Assembly (NCBI GenBank): GCA_050633305.1
Contig: JBOEGF010000015.1
Location: forward strand, 1 to 64,000
DNA length: 64,000 nucleotides
Source: Nannocystales bacterium
GTDB taxonomy: Bacteria > Myxococcota_A > Polyangia > Nannocystales > Nannocystaceae
Direction of reading: 5' to 3'
Below the pieces are notes generated by a model. The model saw only the letters and a program-made list of their open reading frames with translations, did not search any database and had not been told where the DNA came from. The position numbers and the translations under genes are program-made. This document shows positions 1 through 9,259 of this stretch, piece by piece. Every line of letters begins with the position of its first letter. Position 1 is the stretch's first letter.

Positions 1-215
1 CGCAGCCCCGAGACCCCGACCTCGGCGGCGTCCCCCTCCGGAATCGGCGGGTCCTCCCCGGTTCCGTCACCCGTGCCGGACTCACCTCCCTCCGCGCCGC
101 TGTCGGTCGCCCCGACCGAGTCCTCTCCGTCCGCACCGGACGCTGAAAACCCGCTGTAGCAGCCAGCGCTCAGTAGCAATGCCACCAGCCCGGTATTCGC
201 CGCTGTTCCCCTCAC
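1..215 (-). CDS. 5' part of a lipoprotein gene running off the window edge; possibly a DUF1592/DUF1588-type protein
   Basis: Hand translation from GTG at 215: MRGTAANTGLVALLLSAG-CYSG (lipobox), acidic Gly/Asp linker, then ...EVGVSGLR. Not in the ORF track because it has no stop inside the window. The family guess rests only on the CYSG start and the GLR(R) motif. Confidence 0.6.
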   Translation of the reverse strand, partial: MRGTAANTGLVALLLSAGCYSGFSASGADGEDSVGATDSGAEGGESGTGDGTGEDPPIPEGDAAEVGVSGL

Positions 216-567
216 AGCAGTAAGGTTCCCATACCGGGGATTCCGTCCCCCAAATCGCTGGGGGAAAACGACCCCGGGCAGAGTTCGTAAGCCAGATCTC
301 AGCTTCGGCGACCCACCAGGGCCCTCCACAACCGGACGAGGACATTCGGGCCGAGCGCCGCATAGTCGCCGCCGGGTTCGAAATCGAGCTCACCCGGCGG
401 TGGATTCGACGGATCGGGTGCGGGCGCGCGATAGCTCCCCATCCGCCATCGCTTTCTCCGTGCCGGCTTCGTCGACCACCGGGCAGGCCGGACGCGCTTG
501 GACATGCCGTCGCATGCTAGCAGATCCAGCCTGCAAGCAACGCTCCCGTGGGAACGTTCGGGCTCTC

Positions 568-1035
568 GTGGGACGCGACCGCAACTCGAGTCCGTACCCG
601 CTCCTTCGTCCATGGGTCGTCGCGAGCGTGTTCGTTCTGCTCCTCAACGATCACGTCCTCAAGGCGAGCGTTCCGGGAACCGTGACGGGGAAGCTCTCGG
701 ACTTCGCGGGTCTGCTGTTCTTTCCGTATTTGCTGCACGCGTTGTGGGCGTCCGTCATGCCCCATCGCGCCCGGCTGCTCCCCTGCGTGATCGCAACCGG
801 GCTTGTCTTCTCTGCGATCCAGCTCGACCCCACCGTCGGTGAGATGTGGGCGTGGGCCCTCGGTGGACTGCAATGGCTGGGCTGGACCGGCTGGGCGGTC
901 ATCGCCGGCGAGGCGACCCCACCGCTGCGTTCCGTCTCGCATACCGCCGACCCCACCGATCTGTGGGCGCTGCCCATGCTCGGGTTCTCGCTCCGCGACG
1001 CCTGGGCCCATCGAAAGCGAGCTCCCCGGCCATGA
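568..1035 (+). CDS. Hypothetical multi-pass membrane protein with LNDH-x-LK / GKLSDF / DPTDL motifs
   Basis: ORF 400..1035; the hydrophobic part starts near GTG 568 (start uncertain); stop overlaps the next ATG (ATGA). Confidence 0.7.
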   Translation: MGRDRNSSPYPLLRPWVVASVFVLLLNDHVLKASVPGTVTGKLSDFAGLLFFPYLLHALWASVMPHRARLLPCVIATGLVFSAIQLDPTVGEMWAWALGGLQWLGWTGWAVIAGEATPPLRSVSHTADPTDLWALPMLGFSLRDAWAHRKRAPRP

Positions 1036-1655
1036 CCCAAAACGAACGTCGCGCCCACGTCCTGATGCTCGCGATCGCCAGCGTTGCAACCATCGCAACC
1101 AAGCGCCCGCAGCCGGGGTGGTCGACCTCCGTACCTGTCGCCCCGAAGCAGAGTCAGTTGGTGCTCACCCCCGAGACCCCGAGCAAAGAACTCCGACTCC
1201 GGATCGAGGTCCCCGCCGAAGCCCGAGCTGCACAGCACACGATGGGGGGCCTCGTCCGCGCAAGTCTATCGGTCCGCGAGTGGCAGCACCGAGGCGAGGA
1301 TGGCTCGAGCTCGGACCAGCTCACCCTCACGTTCCGCAGCGACGTGGGCGTGCCCGATCACTCGAGCAGCGTGCACCTGTGGGACTTCAAGCAACCGCTT
1401 GGAGCCGGCGTTCACTGGCCCGTCATCGGACCCGACAGCGTCTGCCCACCGCTGCCCAAGCCCTGCGTGCTCGAGGCCACCGCCACGATCGAATGGACGG
1501 GTGCGCTCATCGGCGAGGTCGTTGTGTCGCCGTCGGTCGACGCCAGGCTCGACGTTTCCACCACGAGCCGTCGACACCAGGAGCAACCGCCAAACTCCGA
1601 CCTGCGCGTGCTCGAATCTCGATGGCAGGATCCCGATCTGCCGCCAGAGCGCTGA
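1032..1655 (+). CDS. Hypothetical exported beta-rich protein
   Basis: ATG 1032 overlaps the upstream TGA; N-terminal hydrophobic stretch VLMLAIASVATIAT. Confidence 0.65.
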   Translation: MTQNERRAHVLMLAIASVATIATKRPQPGWSTSVPVAPKQSQLVLTPETPSKELRLRIEVPAEARAAQHTMGGLVRASLSVREWQHRGEDGSSSDQLTLTFRSDVGVPDHSSSVHLWDFKQPLGAGVHWPVIGPDSVCPPLPKPCVLEATATIEWTGALIGEVVVSPSVDARLDVSTTSRRHQEQPPNSDLRVLESRWQDPDLPPER

Positions 1656-1666
1656 GCGTTCCGCCG

Positions 1667-2581
1667 CTACGCGCAAAGACCCGCGCACGTGTCCGGAAGG
1701 TTGTCGCTGCAAAACACTGCGCTCGGACTCGCCTGTTTGTAGAGACTCTGGATCTCACAGTTGGGGAGCATCGGGTTGTAGCCGACATCCAGTTGTTCGA
1801 CGATCTCGGTCAGGACCGGAAAGCCCAACGAGGTGAGGGAGTCGTTCTCGTAGATGAACATTGCTCCAACGGTCTCGAGGCTTGGCATCCCGAGGGTCGT
1901 GAGCTGGGCGTTTTGAACCACTCCAAGCTCGCCGACGAAGTCGAGCATGACGAATCCAGACAGGTCGCTGAGACCGGTCTGACCGATTCCCAGAACGCCG
2001 TCAACCTCTTGCAGGCAGCCCATGGGCTCCAAGGTCGTGTCCTCACCTTCGATGTATAGCTGGCCGTCGATCCGGCTGCAGACGCCGAGGGCTTCGAGTT
2101 GTCCCGGTGACGTGACGTAGAACTCGCCTACGCAGGGCAGGTCGAGTCCCAAACAGTCTTGGCCCGGCGGCAATTCCGGGATACCCGGCTCCCAGCCGCC
2201 GGACGAGCTCGAGCTTCCCCACCAGCCCGATGAGCCGGAGGACCCCCACCAGCCCGACGAGCCTGACGTGCCCCAGGTGACGTCGTCGCCGTAGCACTCG
2301 CACGCGCCGAACTCCCCCTGTTGGCTGCAGATCTGCTCCCCGTAGCCGCCGCCGGGACACGTGCACTCCACGTAGGTTCCCGGAGCGCATCCAATGGGCG
2401 AGGTGGTCGACGGGTTTGGAGGAACCGGGCTGGTTGCAGGGCCAGGTTCCGTCACCCCGCCCGAGCTCGGCGACCCCGTCGAGCTTCCCGAGCCTTGTGA
2501 AGCATCGCCGACGGGCACCAAGGAGTCGCACGCAACTACACTCAGCGACAACAAGACTACGCATCCTCGCGTCCAATCCAT
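1667..2581 (-). CDS. Cys-rich lipoprotein with C-terminal receptor L-domain-like Leu-rich repeats
   Basis: Lipobox VVA-C; motif C-x-C-PGGGYGEQIC; GSSGWW repeats; repeats such as LxxLxxVxGxLxI...N..LxxL. Confidence 0.75.
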   Translation of the reverse strand: MDWTRGCVVLLSLSVVACDSLVPVGDASQGSGSSTGSPSSGGVTEPGPATSPVPPNPSTTSPIGCAPGTYVECTCPGGGYGEQICSQQGEFGACECYGDDVTWGTSGSSGWWGSSGSSGWWGSSSSSGGWEPGIPELPPGQDCLGLDLPCVGEFYVTSPGQLEALGVCSRIDGQLYIEGEDTTLEPMGCLQEVDGVLGIGQTGLSDLSGFVMLDFVGELGVVQNAQLTTLGMPSLETVGAMFIYENDSLTSLGFPVLTEIVEQLDVGYNPMLPNCEIQSLYKQASPSAVFCSDNLPDTCAGLCA

Positions 2582-2635
2582 AGCCCATCGTGACACGAGA
2601 GACCGGAGGAGGGAATCGCCGAGGTATGGAAACGG

Positions 2636-3697
2636 CTACCGGGTCTGGAAGTCTTTTCCGAAGAAGTACGTCAGCGAGCCGCCAAAGTAGAACCCGGTGT
2701 TGAACCCGCCGTTGATCGTGATGCCTACCGTGTCCTTGATGATCATCCGTGCGCTGAGGATCAGGTTCACCACCGGGATCACAGGAGGCACGCCGCCGGA
2801 CTTGTTGCGGTAGCCGAACGCATTGAGGTCGGACTTGCTACAACCGTTTTCGTCGCAGCTGGCGTAGCGCTCGTCGTTGGGATCGTCGAGTTCGTCGGGG
2901 TTGGGGCCGGTGTTGTCCGAATCCTGGGCGACGTCGTAACGCGGAGTGCAACGGTTGAAGTCGCCGAGGTCCTGCGGGGTCTGACAGGTGTCGTCTGCCG
3001 TCGCTCCCTGCCCCGGAACATAGCCGTCGGGGAGAGAACCGATGCCCGTTCGATAGATGTCACCGAACAGAATCCCCAGCCCAATGCCAGCACCTCCGCC
3101 TATCCCGAGCTCGACGTTGTCCGTCGTCACCACGGGCGCGCGAGCGATGAAGTCCGCCTCGAAGGAGAGCATGCTGAGATCGACTTCGGTGTAGTCGGCC
3201 GCCACGAGGGACTCCGGCGTACCGATGTAGCGCCCTTTGTCGAGCCAGTAGCCCTCGGGGAGCTTCGCGGTCTGGTAGCCAACGGCACCGACGATGTCGA
3301 GAATCCGAGAGTGCCGATAAACGTACTCACCGCCGACGTAGAAGTTGCACCCGTCGGTCCGCAGCAGGCCGCGCTCTTCCGCGAAGCTGCCGACGGACTC
3401 ACCACGACACAAGGCGTTGGTTTGCGTCTCGAACCAGCGCGAGAGAATCCACGTGGGCACGATGACGATGCCAGAGCGCACGCCGACACCGTGGCGGTTG
3501 AACTTGGGTTCGGGCGGCTTGGCTTCGGAAAGCGGCTCCGGTTCGGGCTGGGGTTCGGGCTCGGGTTCGGGTTCCGGCGGCCTCTCAGCCAACGGCTCGG
3601 CGGTCGGAGCCTTTGAAGACGTCGGCGTGTAGTCGGGCTCGGGAATGGCCCCCGGCTCGAGTAGCGTCAAGACAAGTCCAAGAGATCCCCCGATCAT
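2636..3697 (-). CDS. Putative outer-membrane beta-barrel protein with Pro/Glu-rich N-terminal linker
   Basis: Start at MIGGSLGLVLTLL; (PE)n linker; alternating Gly/aromatic strands; ends GFNTGFYFGGSLTYFFG. Confidence 0.6.
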   Translation of the reverse strand: MIGGSLGLVLTLLEPGAIPEPDYTPTSSKAPTAEPLAERPPEPEPEPEPQPEPEPLSEAKPPEPKFNRHGVGVRSGIVIVPTWILSRWFETQTNALCRGESVGSFAEERGLLRTDGCNFYVGGEYVYRHSRILDIVGAVGYQTAKLPEGYWLDKGRYIGTPESLVAADYTEVDLSMLSFEADFIARAPVVTTDNVELGIGGGAGIGLGILFGDIYRTGIGSLPDGYVPGQGATADDTCQTPQDLGDFNRCTPRYDVAQDSDNTGPNPDELDDPNDERYASCDENGCSKSDLNAFGYRNKSGGVPPVIPVVNLILSARMIIKDTVGITINGGFNTGFYFGGSLTYFFGKDFQTR

Positions 3698-3769
3698 GGA
3701 GATGATCGTATCAGCCTGCGGGGGTCTGATGCAGGCGTTCGACGGCGAGAAGCATATGATGCGGTCACG

Positions 3770-4795
3770 ATGGAAGACCTGGGGCGGAAGGCAGCCGCAT
3801 CGAACTTTCGGTACCTCGTCAACCACGCTGTCACCCAAGGCCAATCACGCGAGGACGTACTGCGGCGATTCGATCTCGACCGGCACGAACTCGACGACGT
3901 AGATGGGCGACTGCCACTCTCTGCGCTGGCCCGACTGTGGACCGAACTCCCCGCGATGCTGGGCGACCCCGACATGCCCCTGAACGTGATGCAGTCGGCG
4001 CTCCAAGCCGATCCGTCGCTTGCGACTCTCGTCTTCCAGTCCGCGCCCACGCTTGGGGATGCTCTGGCTGCATTGGTCCGCTACGAGCGCCTGAACTTTG
4101 ACCTCGCCGACGAACCCCTCAGCGCCGTCGTGGTTGACGGCGAGGTTGCCCACGTTGTGCTCGATGCCGATCGGGCGGCGATCGTCCCCCCGCCCGGGGC
4201 CGTTGTCGACTCTTTCCATGGTGTGCTCACCTTGGGTCGCGCGACCACCGGTCATCCGGTCGAGGCGGTCTCCATCGACGTACGGCACCCACTCCCCGAC
4301 AACCCGGCACGGTGGGAGGCTGCACTTCGTGGGCCGATTCGGTTCGGGATGCCGCACGACCGGCTCACGCTTCGGACCGCAGACCTACGACGGCCACACC
4401 CGATGGCCTCCCCGACCCTGAGCGCAATCGTGACAGCGCATGCCGACCGAAAGCTCGCAGCGCTTGGCAGTGGAGACGACCTCCTAACGAGGCTCCGCGA
4501 GGAGATCAGGTACGGACTCCCGACCGCGGCCGTGGGTGTGGCCCAGCTCGCAACCGCCGTCGGGCTCGGTCCGCGCACACTGCAGCGCCGCCTGGCCGAG
4601 CACGGATCCAGCGTCCGAACGCTCGTCGACGAAGAGCGCCGTGCCCTCGCCCTACGCTACGTTGCCCAGCCGTCGACAAGCCTCATCGACATCGCCCTCC
4701 TGCTCGGCTTCTCGGAGCAGTCCGCCTTCTCGCGCGCGTTCCAACGATGGACGGGACACTCCCCTCGCACCTACCGTCGTCGCCACAGAAGCTGA
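3770..4795 (+). CDS. AraC-family regulator (OruR/VqsM-like, Arabinose_bd_2 N-terminal domain)
   Basis: C-terminal GLGPRTLQRRL...IALLLGFSEQSAFSRAFQRWTG; N-terminal SAPTLGDAL. Confidence 0.92.
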   Translation: MEDLGRKAAASNFRYLVNHAVTQGQSREDVLRRFDLDRHELDDVDGRLPLSALARLWTELPAMLGDPDMPLNVMQSALQADPSLATLVFQSAPTLGDALAALVRYERLNFDLADEPLSAVVVDGEVAHVVLDADRAAIVPPPGAVVDSFHGVLTLGRATTGHPVEAVSIDVRHPLPDNPARWEAALRGPIRFGMPHDRLTLRTADLRRPHPMASPTLSAIVTAHADRKLAALGSGDDLLTRLREEIRYGLPTAAVGVAQLATAVGLGPRTLQRRLAEHGSSVRTLVDEERRALALRYVAQPSTSLIDIALLLGFSEQSAFSRAFQRWTGHSPRTYRRRHRS

Positions 4796-4832
4796 GACGC
4801 GACAGGTCAACTTCGCTGACGCGCACGAGCAA
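4795..4832 (+). promoter_or_regulatory. Possible AraC-type direct-repeat operator upstream of the CPBP protease
   Basis: Imperfect direct repeats aGACGCGacaggtCAA (4795-4810) and tGACGCGcacgagCAA (4817-4832), 22-nt period, between the araC stop and the next ATG. Confidence 0.3.
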
Positions 4833-4865
4833 GCGTCGACACGCTTGAGTCGCTAGCGTCGGGAG

Positions 4866-5657
4866 ATGGACACCGACACCGCTGGGCGCCGGCTCGCCGG
4901 ATTCTTCGCCCTCGCCTGCGGCATCACGTGGGGTCTCGCATTTCCGGCCGTTGAGACGATGCGGCGAGGAGGCACCGCCACCCCCATCGAGATGGCTTTG
5001 TTGGGCCTGAGCGCCTTCGGGCCACTTCTCTCAACACTGGTCATCACGATCGGGACCGGGGAGCGACGCGATGTCTTCGGCCCTTGGCGCGTCCGACCGC
5101 AGTGGATCGTGCTCGCCCTCCTCTTCCCGTGGTTCCTCCAGCTCATCGGGCGAGCTCTGTCACTCGGCGGGGGCGGACCGACCGGCGAATGGATCTACCT
5201 TCCCGATACGCCAGCCTACCTCACCGCGCTTGTCGTGTTCCCGCTCGGCGAAGAGTTTGGATGGCGAGGCTATGCTCAGCCTCGGATGATCGCCCGGTTC
5301 GGCGCCGTCCGAGGACCCCTTCTGTTGGGATGTATCTGGTCCATCTGGCATCTCATGTATCTCGTGTCTCCCCAAAGCGGGACCGTGGAGCCGGTGGCTC
5401 TGGTCATGTTCGCCGCCCTCCCGTTGTGGTCTGTGGTGTTCGCATGGCTCATGCGCTGTGCGGGCGGGAGCATGGCAGTCGCCCTCTGCCTCCACGCGGG
5501 GTCCCACCTCGACAAGATCGACCGCTTGCCCGTGGATGCAGTTTCAACCCGGGTGACGATCGCGACAGTGACCGCCGTTGCGGGACTCGCCGCAGCATTC
5601 GCGCTCCACCGTGAGACCCAGAGCTCCGGCACAGGGCGGGAGCCCTCCCATTCGTGA
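4866..5657 (+). CDS. CPBP-family (type II CAAX/Abi) intramembrane protease
   Basis: EE-x3-RG motif (PLGEEFGWRG), WSIWH, HAGSH; many TM helices. Confidence 0.9.
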   Translation: MDTDTAGRRLAGFFALACGITWGLAFPAVETMRRGGTATPIEMALLGLSAFGPLLSTLVITIGTGERRDVFGPWRVRPQWIVLALLFPWFLQLIGRALSLGGGGPTGEWIYLPDTPAYLTALVVFPLGEEFGWRGYAQPRMIARFGAVRGPLLLGCIWSIWHLMYLVSPQSGTVEPVALVMFAALPLWSVVFAWLMRCAGGSMAVALCLHAGSHLDKIDRLPVDAVSTRVTIATVTAVAGLAAAFALHRETQSSGTGREPSHS

Positions 5658-5800
5658 TCCGTTTCAAGTGACGACTGCGCCAGTACGGCGACCTTCATTC
5701 CATTCGGGCTTGCATCAACCGCCCTGGGGAGCGACGGTCCCCGAGTGCAACTTTGGATCAGCTCGCGACCCCGCATCGCGTGTGGCTCTGGGCACGCAGC

Positions 5801-6370
5801 ATGAATGCGTCGATTCGCCGCATCGGTCGCGGAGGACTCGTGGCGCTGGTCGGCGCTCTTGCCATCGCGTTGTCCGCCCGTGCAACCTTTCCCCTCCCGG
5901 GCACCGACCTTCCACAGACAGCGCAGACGTTGTGCGTCCTTCTCGTGGGCGCGACGCTGGGTTGTAGGCGTGGCTCCTCGGCCGTCGGCTTGTACCTGTT
6001 CGCGGGCGCGGTCGGCCTCCCTGTCTTTTCCGATGGGGCAGGCGGGCTGTCGAAACTCCTCGGTCCTTCTGCGGGCTACCTGCTCGGATTCTTGTGCGCG
6101 GCCGCTGCCGTGGGCTGGCTTGCCGACCGACGACCGTTTGGCGAGGCGTGGTTGCGGGACACCGGAGTCATGCTCGGCGCCCATGCCTTGATCCTTCTGC
6201 TCGGTGGCGGTGTGCTCGCCGTTCGAATCGGACCTGCCTCCTCGTGGTCTCACGGCATCGCACCTTTCCTGCTCGGCGCACTGGTCAAATCCGCCGCCGC
6301 CACACTGCTGTTACGAGTCGCGGCTGCTCGACGAGCCCGACACCCAACATCGCGCGCCCAGCAGAAGTAG
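5801..6370 (+). CDS. bioY: Biotin transporter BioY (ECF S-component)
   Basis: TAQTLCVLLVGATLG, GLYL..GAVGLPVFS.G, GPSAGYLLGF motifs. Confidence 0.88.
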   Translation: MNASIRRIGRGGLVALVGALAIALSARATFPLPGTDLPQTAQTLCVLLVGATLGCRRGSSAVGLYLFAGAVGLPVFSDGAGGLSKLLGPSAGYLLGFLCAAAAVGWLADRRPFGEAWLRDTGVMLGAHALILLLGGGVLAVRIGPASSWSHGIAPFLLGALVKSAAATLLLRVAAARRARHPTSRAQQK

Positions 6371-6452
6371 CCCACCGCCGAGCCCAGGCAGCTCGCGCTG
6401 TCTGGACAGACCTGCCCCGCATGCTACTCCGGTTCTCCGCCCGAAGTTCTCC

Positions 6453-7346
6453 ATGACGACCACAACGACGCATACGCCAGCGCTGGGCATCCGCCGGATT
6501 CGAGGCACCGGCGAAGCACACACAGGACACGTTCAGCACTACGGGTGCACGCTGGCCTATGTGCTCGATGGCGAGGCCGAGCTCGAGATCGGACGCATCG
6601 TGCGAGCGCTCCCAGGAAGTATGATCGTCCTCCCGACCGGGACCCCACACCGAGGGATACGCAGAAAGGACATGGATGCATGGGGGCTCAGCTTCTGCCC
6701 GTCCTGTCACGACCTCTCCGAAACGGCTTGGATGACCCCCTTTCAAGCGGTCCGGCGCGGTGCGTCTCCTGTCGTCACGATCCCCGAAGCGCGGCGCCCT
6801 GCGGTCCAATCGATGTTCGAGGGGCTTCATGACGAACTCACCCTCGCCACGGCTCAGGCTTCGGAACTCGGTGCATCGTGGCTGCGCCTCATTCTGGGTG
6901 AACTCCGACGGGCGGCGCCCAGCGGAAGCACTGCCGGGCGCGCCGATTCGCTGTGCACTCGCGCGCTTACCTTCATCGAGGCCCACGCGTTCGAGAAGAT
7001 TTCGCTCCGTGATGTAGCCACCGCCGTCCACTGCACTCCGTCCCACCTGGCCACCGTCATGAAGCAGGAGACGAGCCAGACCGTCGGTGACTGGCTCGCG
7101 GCCATCCGCGTGTCTTCGGCCGCCAACTGGCTGCTCCATTCCGACGCACCCTTGGAAGAGATCGCACAGCGTGTCGGCTGGGGCGACCGTACGCACTTCA
7201 CCCGTCAGTTTCGCAAGGCCTACGGCCACACCCCGGCCGCATGGCGCGAATCCATGCGCCACAAACCGGCCGACCCCACCCCCACCCCAAGATCGGCCGC
7301 AGATCCAGCAATCACCACCCCACACGCCGCAGAGCACAAGCCCTAG
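6453..7346 (+). CDS. AraC-family regulator (cupin + HTH)
   Basis: Cupin His motifs (HVQH, GTPH); ISLRDVA..VH; IAQRVGWGDRTHFTRQFRK. Confidence 0.9.
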   Translation: MTTTTTHTPALGIRRIRGTGEAHTGHVQHYGCTLAYVLDGEAELEIGRIVRALPGSMIVLPTGTPHRGIRRKDMDAWGLSFCPSCHDLSETAWMTPFQAVRRGASPVVTIPEARRPAVQSMFEGLHDELTLATAQASELGASWLRLILGELRRAAPSGSTAGRADSLCTRALTFIEAHAFEKISLRDVATAVHCTPSHLATVMKQETSQTVGDWLAAIRVSSAANWLLHSDAPLEEIAQRVGWGDRTHFTRQFRKAYGHTPAAWRESMRHKPADPTPTPRSAADPAITTPHAAEHKP

Positions 7347-7358
7347 GCTTGTCCTCGC

Positions 7359-8120
7359 ATGGCGCTCGGACGCGACGATCAGATCACAACACGACTCCTG
7401 CACGACGCGGGGATCTCCAAGGGCATGACCGTCCTCGACATTGGGTGCGGGCACGGCAACGTCACGCGGCTGGTCGCAGACCTCGTCGGCCCCGACGGCC
7501 ATGTCGTCGGCATTGACGTCAACGGACGCGCCGTCGACCGAGCGCGCGCGTTCTCGGAACAGCGGGGGCTCCACAACGTCTCGTTCCTCGAAACGGACGC
7601 TGCGGCCCCCCCACCCCCGCCTTCAGCCGAGGCGTACGACGCGATCGTCGGCCGCCGTGTCCTGATGTACGTCCCGCAACGTACTGCTGCGATGCGGGCG
7701 CTGGCCGGCGTCCTGCGCCCCGGCGGGGTCGCGGCCTTCCACGAGATCGACCGCTCCATGATGCCCTCTTCGCCGCAAACCCACCCGCTCCACGACCAGG
7801 TCAATCAGTGGCTGTGGACCACGGTCGAACGAGAGGGTGCGTCGACGGCGATGGGATACGAACTCCCCATGGTGTTCGAGTCGGGAGGGCTGCAGCTCGC
7901 AGGCGCATGGGCGGAAGGCATCGTCGAACACCCCGCACTGCGCCAGCCCACGGCGCAACGGATCCGGGCGGTGCTCCCCAGGATCCTGCAGCACGCAGTG
8001 GCCACCGCCGAGGAAATCGATGTCGATACCCTGGACGCACGACTCGAGCAGGAGTTGCTGTCCAACCGCGGCGTTTATGTCTCCACCATGGCCTTCTGCG
8101 CATGGGCGACCAAGGATTAG
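7359..8120 (+). CDS. Class I SAM-dependent methyltransferase
   Basis: VLDIGCGHG motif I; VVGIDVN; LRPGG. Confidence 0.9.
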   Translation: MALGRDDQITTRLLHDAGISKGMTVLDIGCGHGNVTRLVADLVGPDGHVVGIDVNGRAVDRARAFSEQRGLHNVSFLETDAAAPPPPPSAEAYDAIVGRRVLMYVPQRTAAMRALAGVLRPGGVAAFHEIDRSMMPSSPQTHPLHDQVNQWLWTTVEREGASTAMGYELPMVFESGGLQLAGAWAEGIVEHPALRQPTAQRIRAVLPRILQHAVATAEEIDVDTLDARLEQELLSNRGVYVSTMAFCAWATKD

Positions 8121-8209
8121 GGGCCGGCCCTAGCACAACCAACAATCGGCCGCACATCCAACAACAGGCGCTCTACCTCGATCGACGGAGGGCCACTACG
8201 TTGTGGGCC

Positions 8210-8902
8210 ATGACCAGCCCGCGTTCCATCAAACTCTACAGTCACGACTACGGTCCTTTTCCGCACATTGTTCGCATCGCGCTCTCCGAAAAGGGAGTCC
8301 AACTCGGTGAGGAGGTCGAGATTGAGAACGTCGACCCCGAGGACAAACCCAAGGATTTCCTTCAAGTCAGCCCTACCGGAAAGACACCACTGCTGCTCGT
8401 CGATGGCGAGCCGATCTTCGAGACCGTGGCCGTGCTCGAGTGTGTGGACGGGCTCTTCGACGGCGGGCCAGCGTTCCAACCTCAGGACCCCGTAGCGCGA
8501 GCACGAGATCGGTCCTGGACCCTGCTTGGGCTCGAGTTGCAAATGGACTCCTTCCGCACCGTCATGGCTCCCGACCTGGAAGGACACCAAGACAACGCAC
8601 GCGAGGTCGTCGCCAAGCTCACGAGGTTGTCTGCGCAACTCGGCTCTGGGCCCTACTTCGGTGGGGAACAGGTCGGGTTGGTCGACTTCGCGTACGCCGC
8701 TCTATTCCTTCGAATGCAGCTATTCGAAGACGCGTTCGGCTGGGCGGTCCTGAAGGACTTGCCCCCAATCCAACGGTGGGCCCAAGCCCTGCTTGCCAGG
8801 CCCAGCATCCGAGCAACCATGCCTTCGGACTTCGAGACAAGTATCGTCGGTTTCCTCCGCAGCCGTGGTGGCTACATCACACGAGCACGGGCCTCCGCAT
8901 AA
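8210..8902 (+). CDS. Glutathione S-transferase family protein
   Basis: SPTGKTPLL (cis-Pro loop), IFETVAVLE, GPYFGGE..GLVD; start moved to ATG 8210. Confidence 0.88.
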   Translation: MTSPRSIKLYSHDYGPFPHIVRIALSEKGVQLGEEVEIENVDPEDKPKDFLQVSPTGKTPLLLVDGEPIFETVAVLECVDGLFDGGPAFQPQDPVARARDRSWTLLGLELQMDSFRTVMAPDLEGHQDNAREVVAKLTRLSAQLGSGPYFGGEQVGLVDFAYAALFLRMQLFEDAFGWAVLKDLPPIQRWAQALLARPSIRATMPSDFETSIVGFLRSRGGYITRARASA

Positions 8903-8958
8903 CCTGCTCACCGTGCCGCCCGACGGACGGATGGCCCACGAGGAGGGTCGTGACGGCC

Positions 8959-8995
8959 CGCATGGTGGCCGCGCGGGCTCCCCGGCCACCATGCG
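8959..8995. terminator. Perfect 13-bp hairpin downstream of the GST gene (terminator, mRNA stabiliser or REP-like)
   Basis: CGCATGGTGGCCG (8959-8971) / CGGCCACCATGCG (8983-8995), 11-nt loop; no U-tract. Confidence 0.45.
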
Positions 8996-9259
8996 TCGCC
9001 GACTCTCGGATGTAGACGCTTCGGAGTTCCGGGGTTGTTCATCGACGACATCATCATGACGAACTGAGGCGACTATCCTGAGGCACTCTCGCCACCCGAC
9101 CTTGTAAAGCATGAAGTTTTTCGTGATCGTTTTCGGGTCGGGAACGTAGCACCTTCTCACCACGACACCACCCCGCGCGCCGGGCCCCATTGCTGTTTGC
9201 TCCACACTTTGGCGGCAGATTGCCCGGGACTTCGATTCGGACCTGTGTAGGCTTGTGCA

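Noticed and set aside
246..265. TCCCCCA-N6-TGGGGGA inverted repeat
   Set aside because: Low complexity, and no cognate regulator or second copy to support an operator call.
299..505. Small basic ORF MSKRVRPARW... on the minus strand
   Set aside because: It fills a gap and could be real, but I see no family motif or clear RBS.
3505..3590. Short tandem repeats as a CRISPR or non-coding array
   Set aside because: They encode a (Pro-Glu)n linker, as at about 59990-60130; no repeat-spacer structure.
9210..9223. Sigma54-like TGGC...TTGC
   Set aside because: GG-to-GC spacing is 9 nt, not the required 10.
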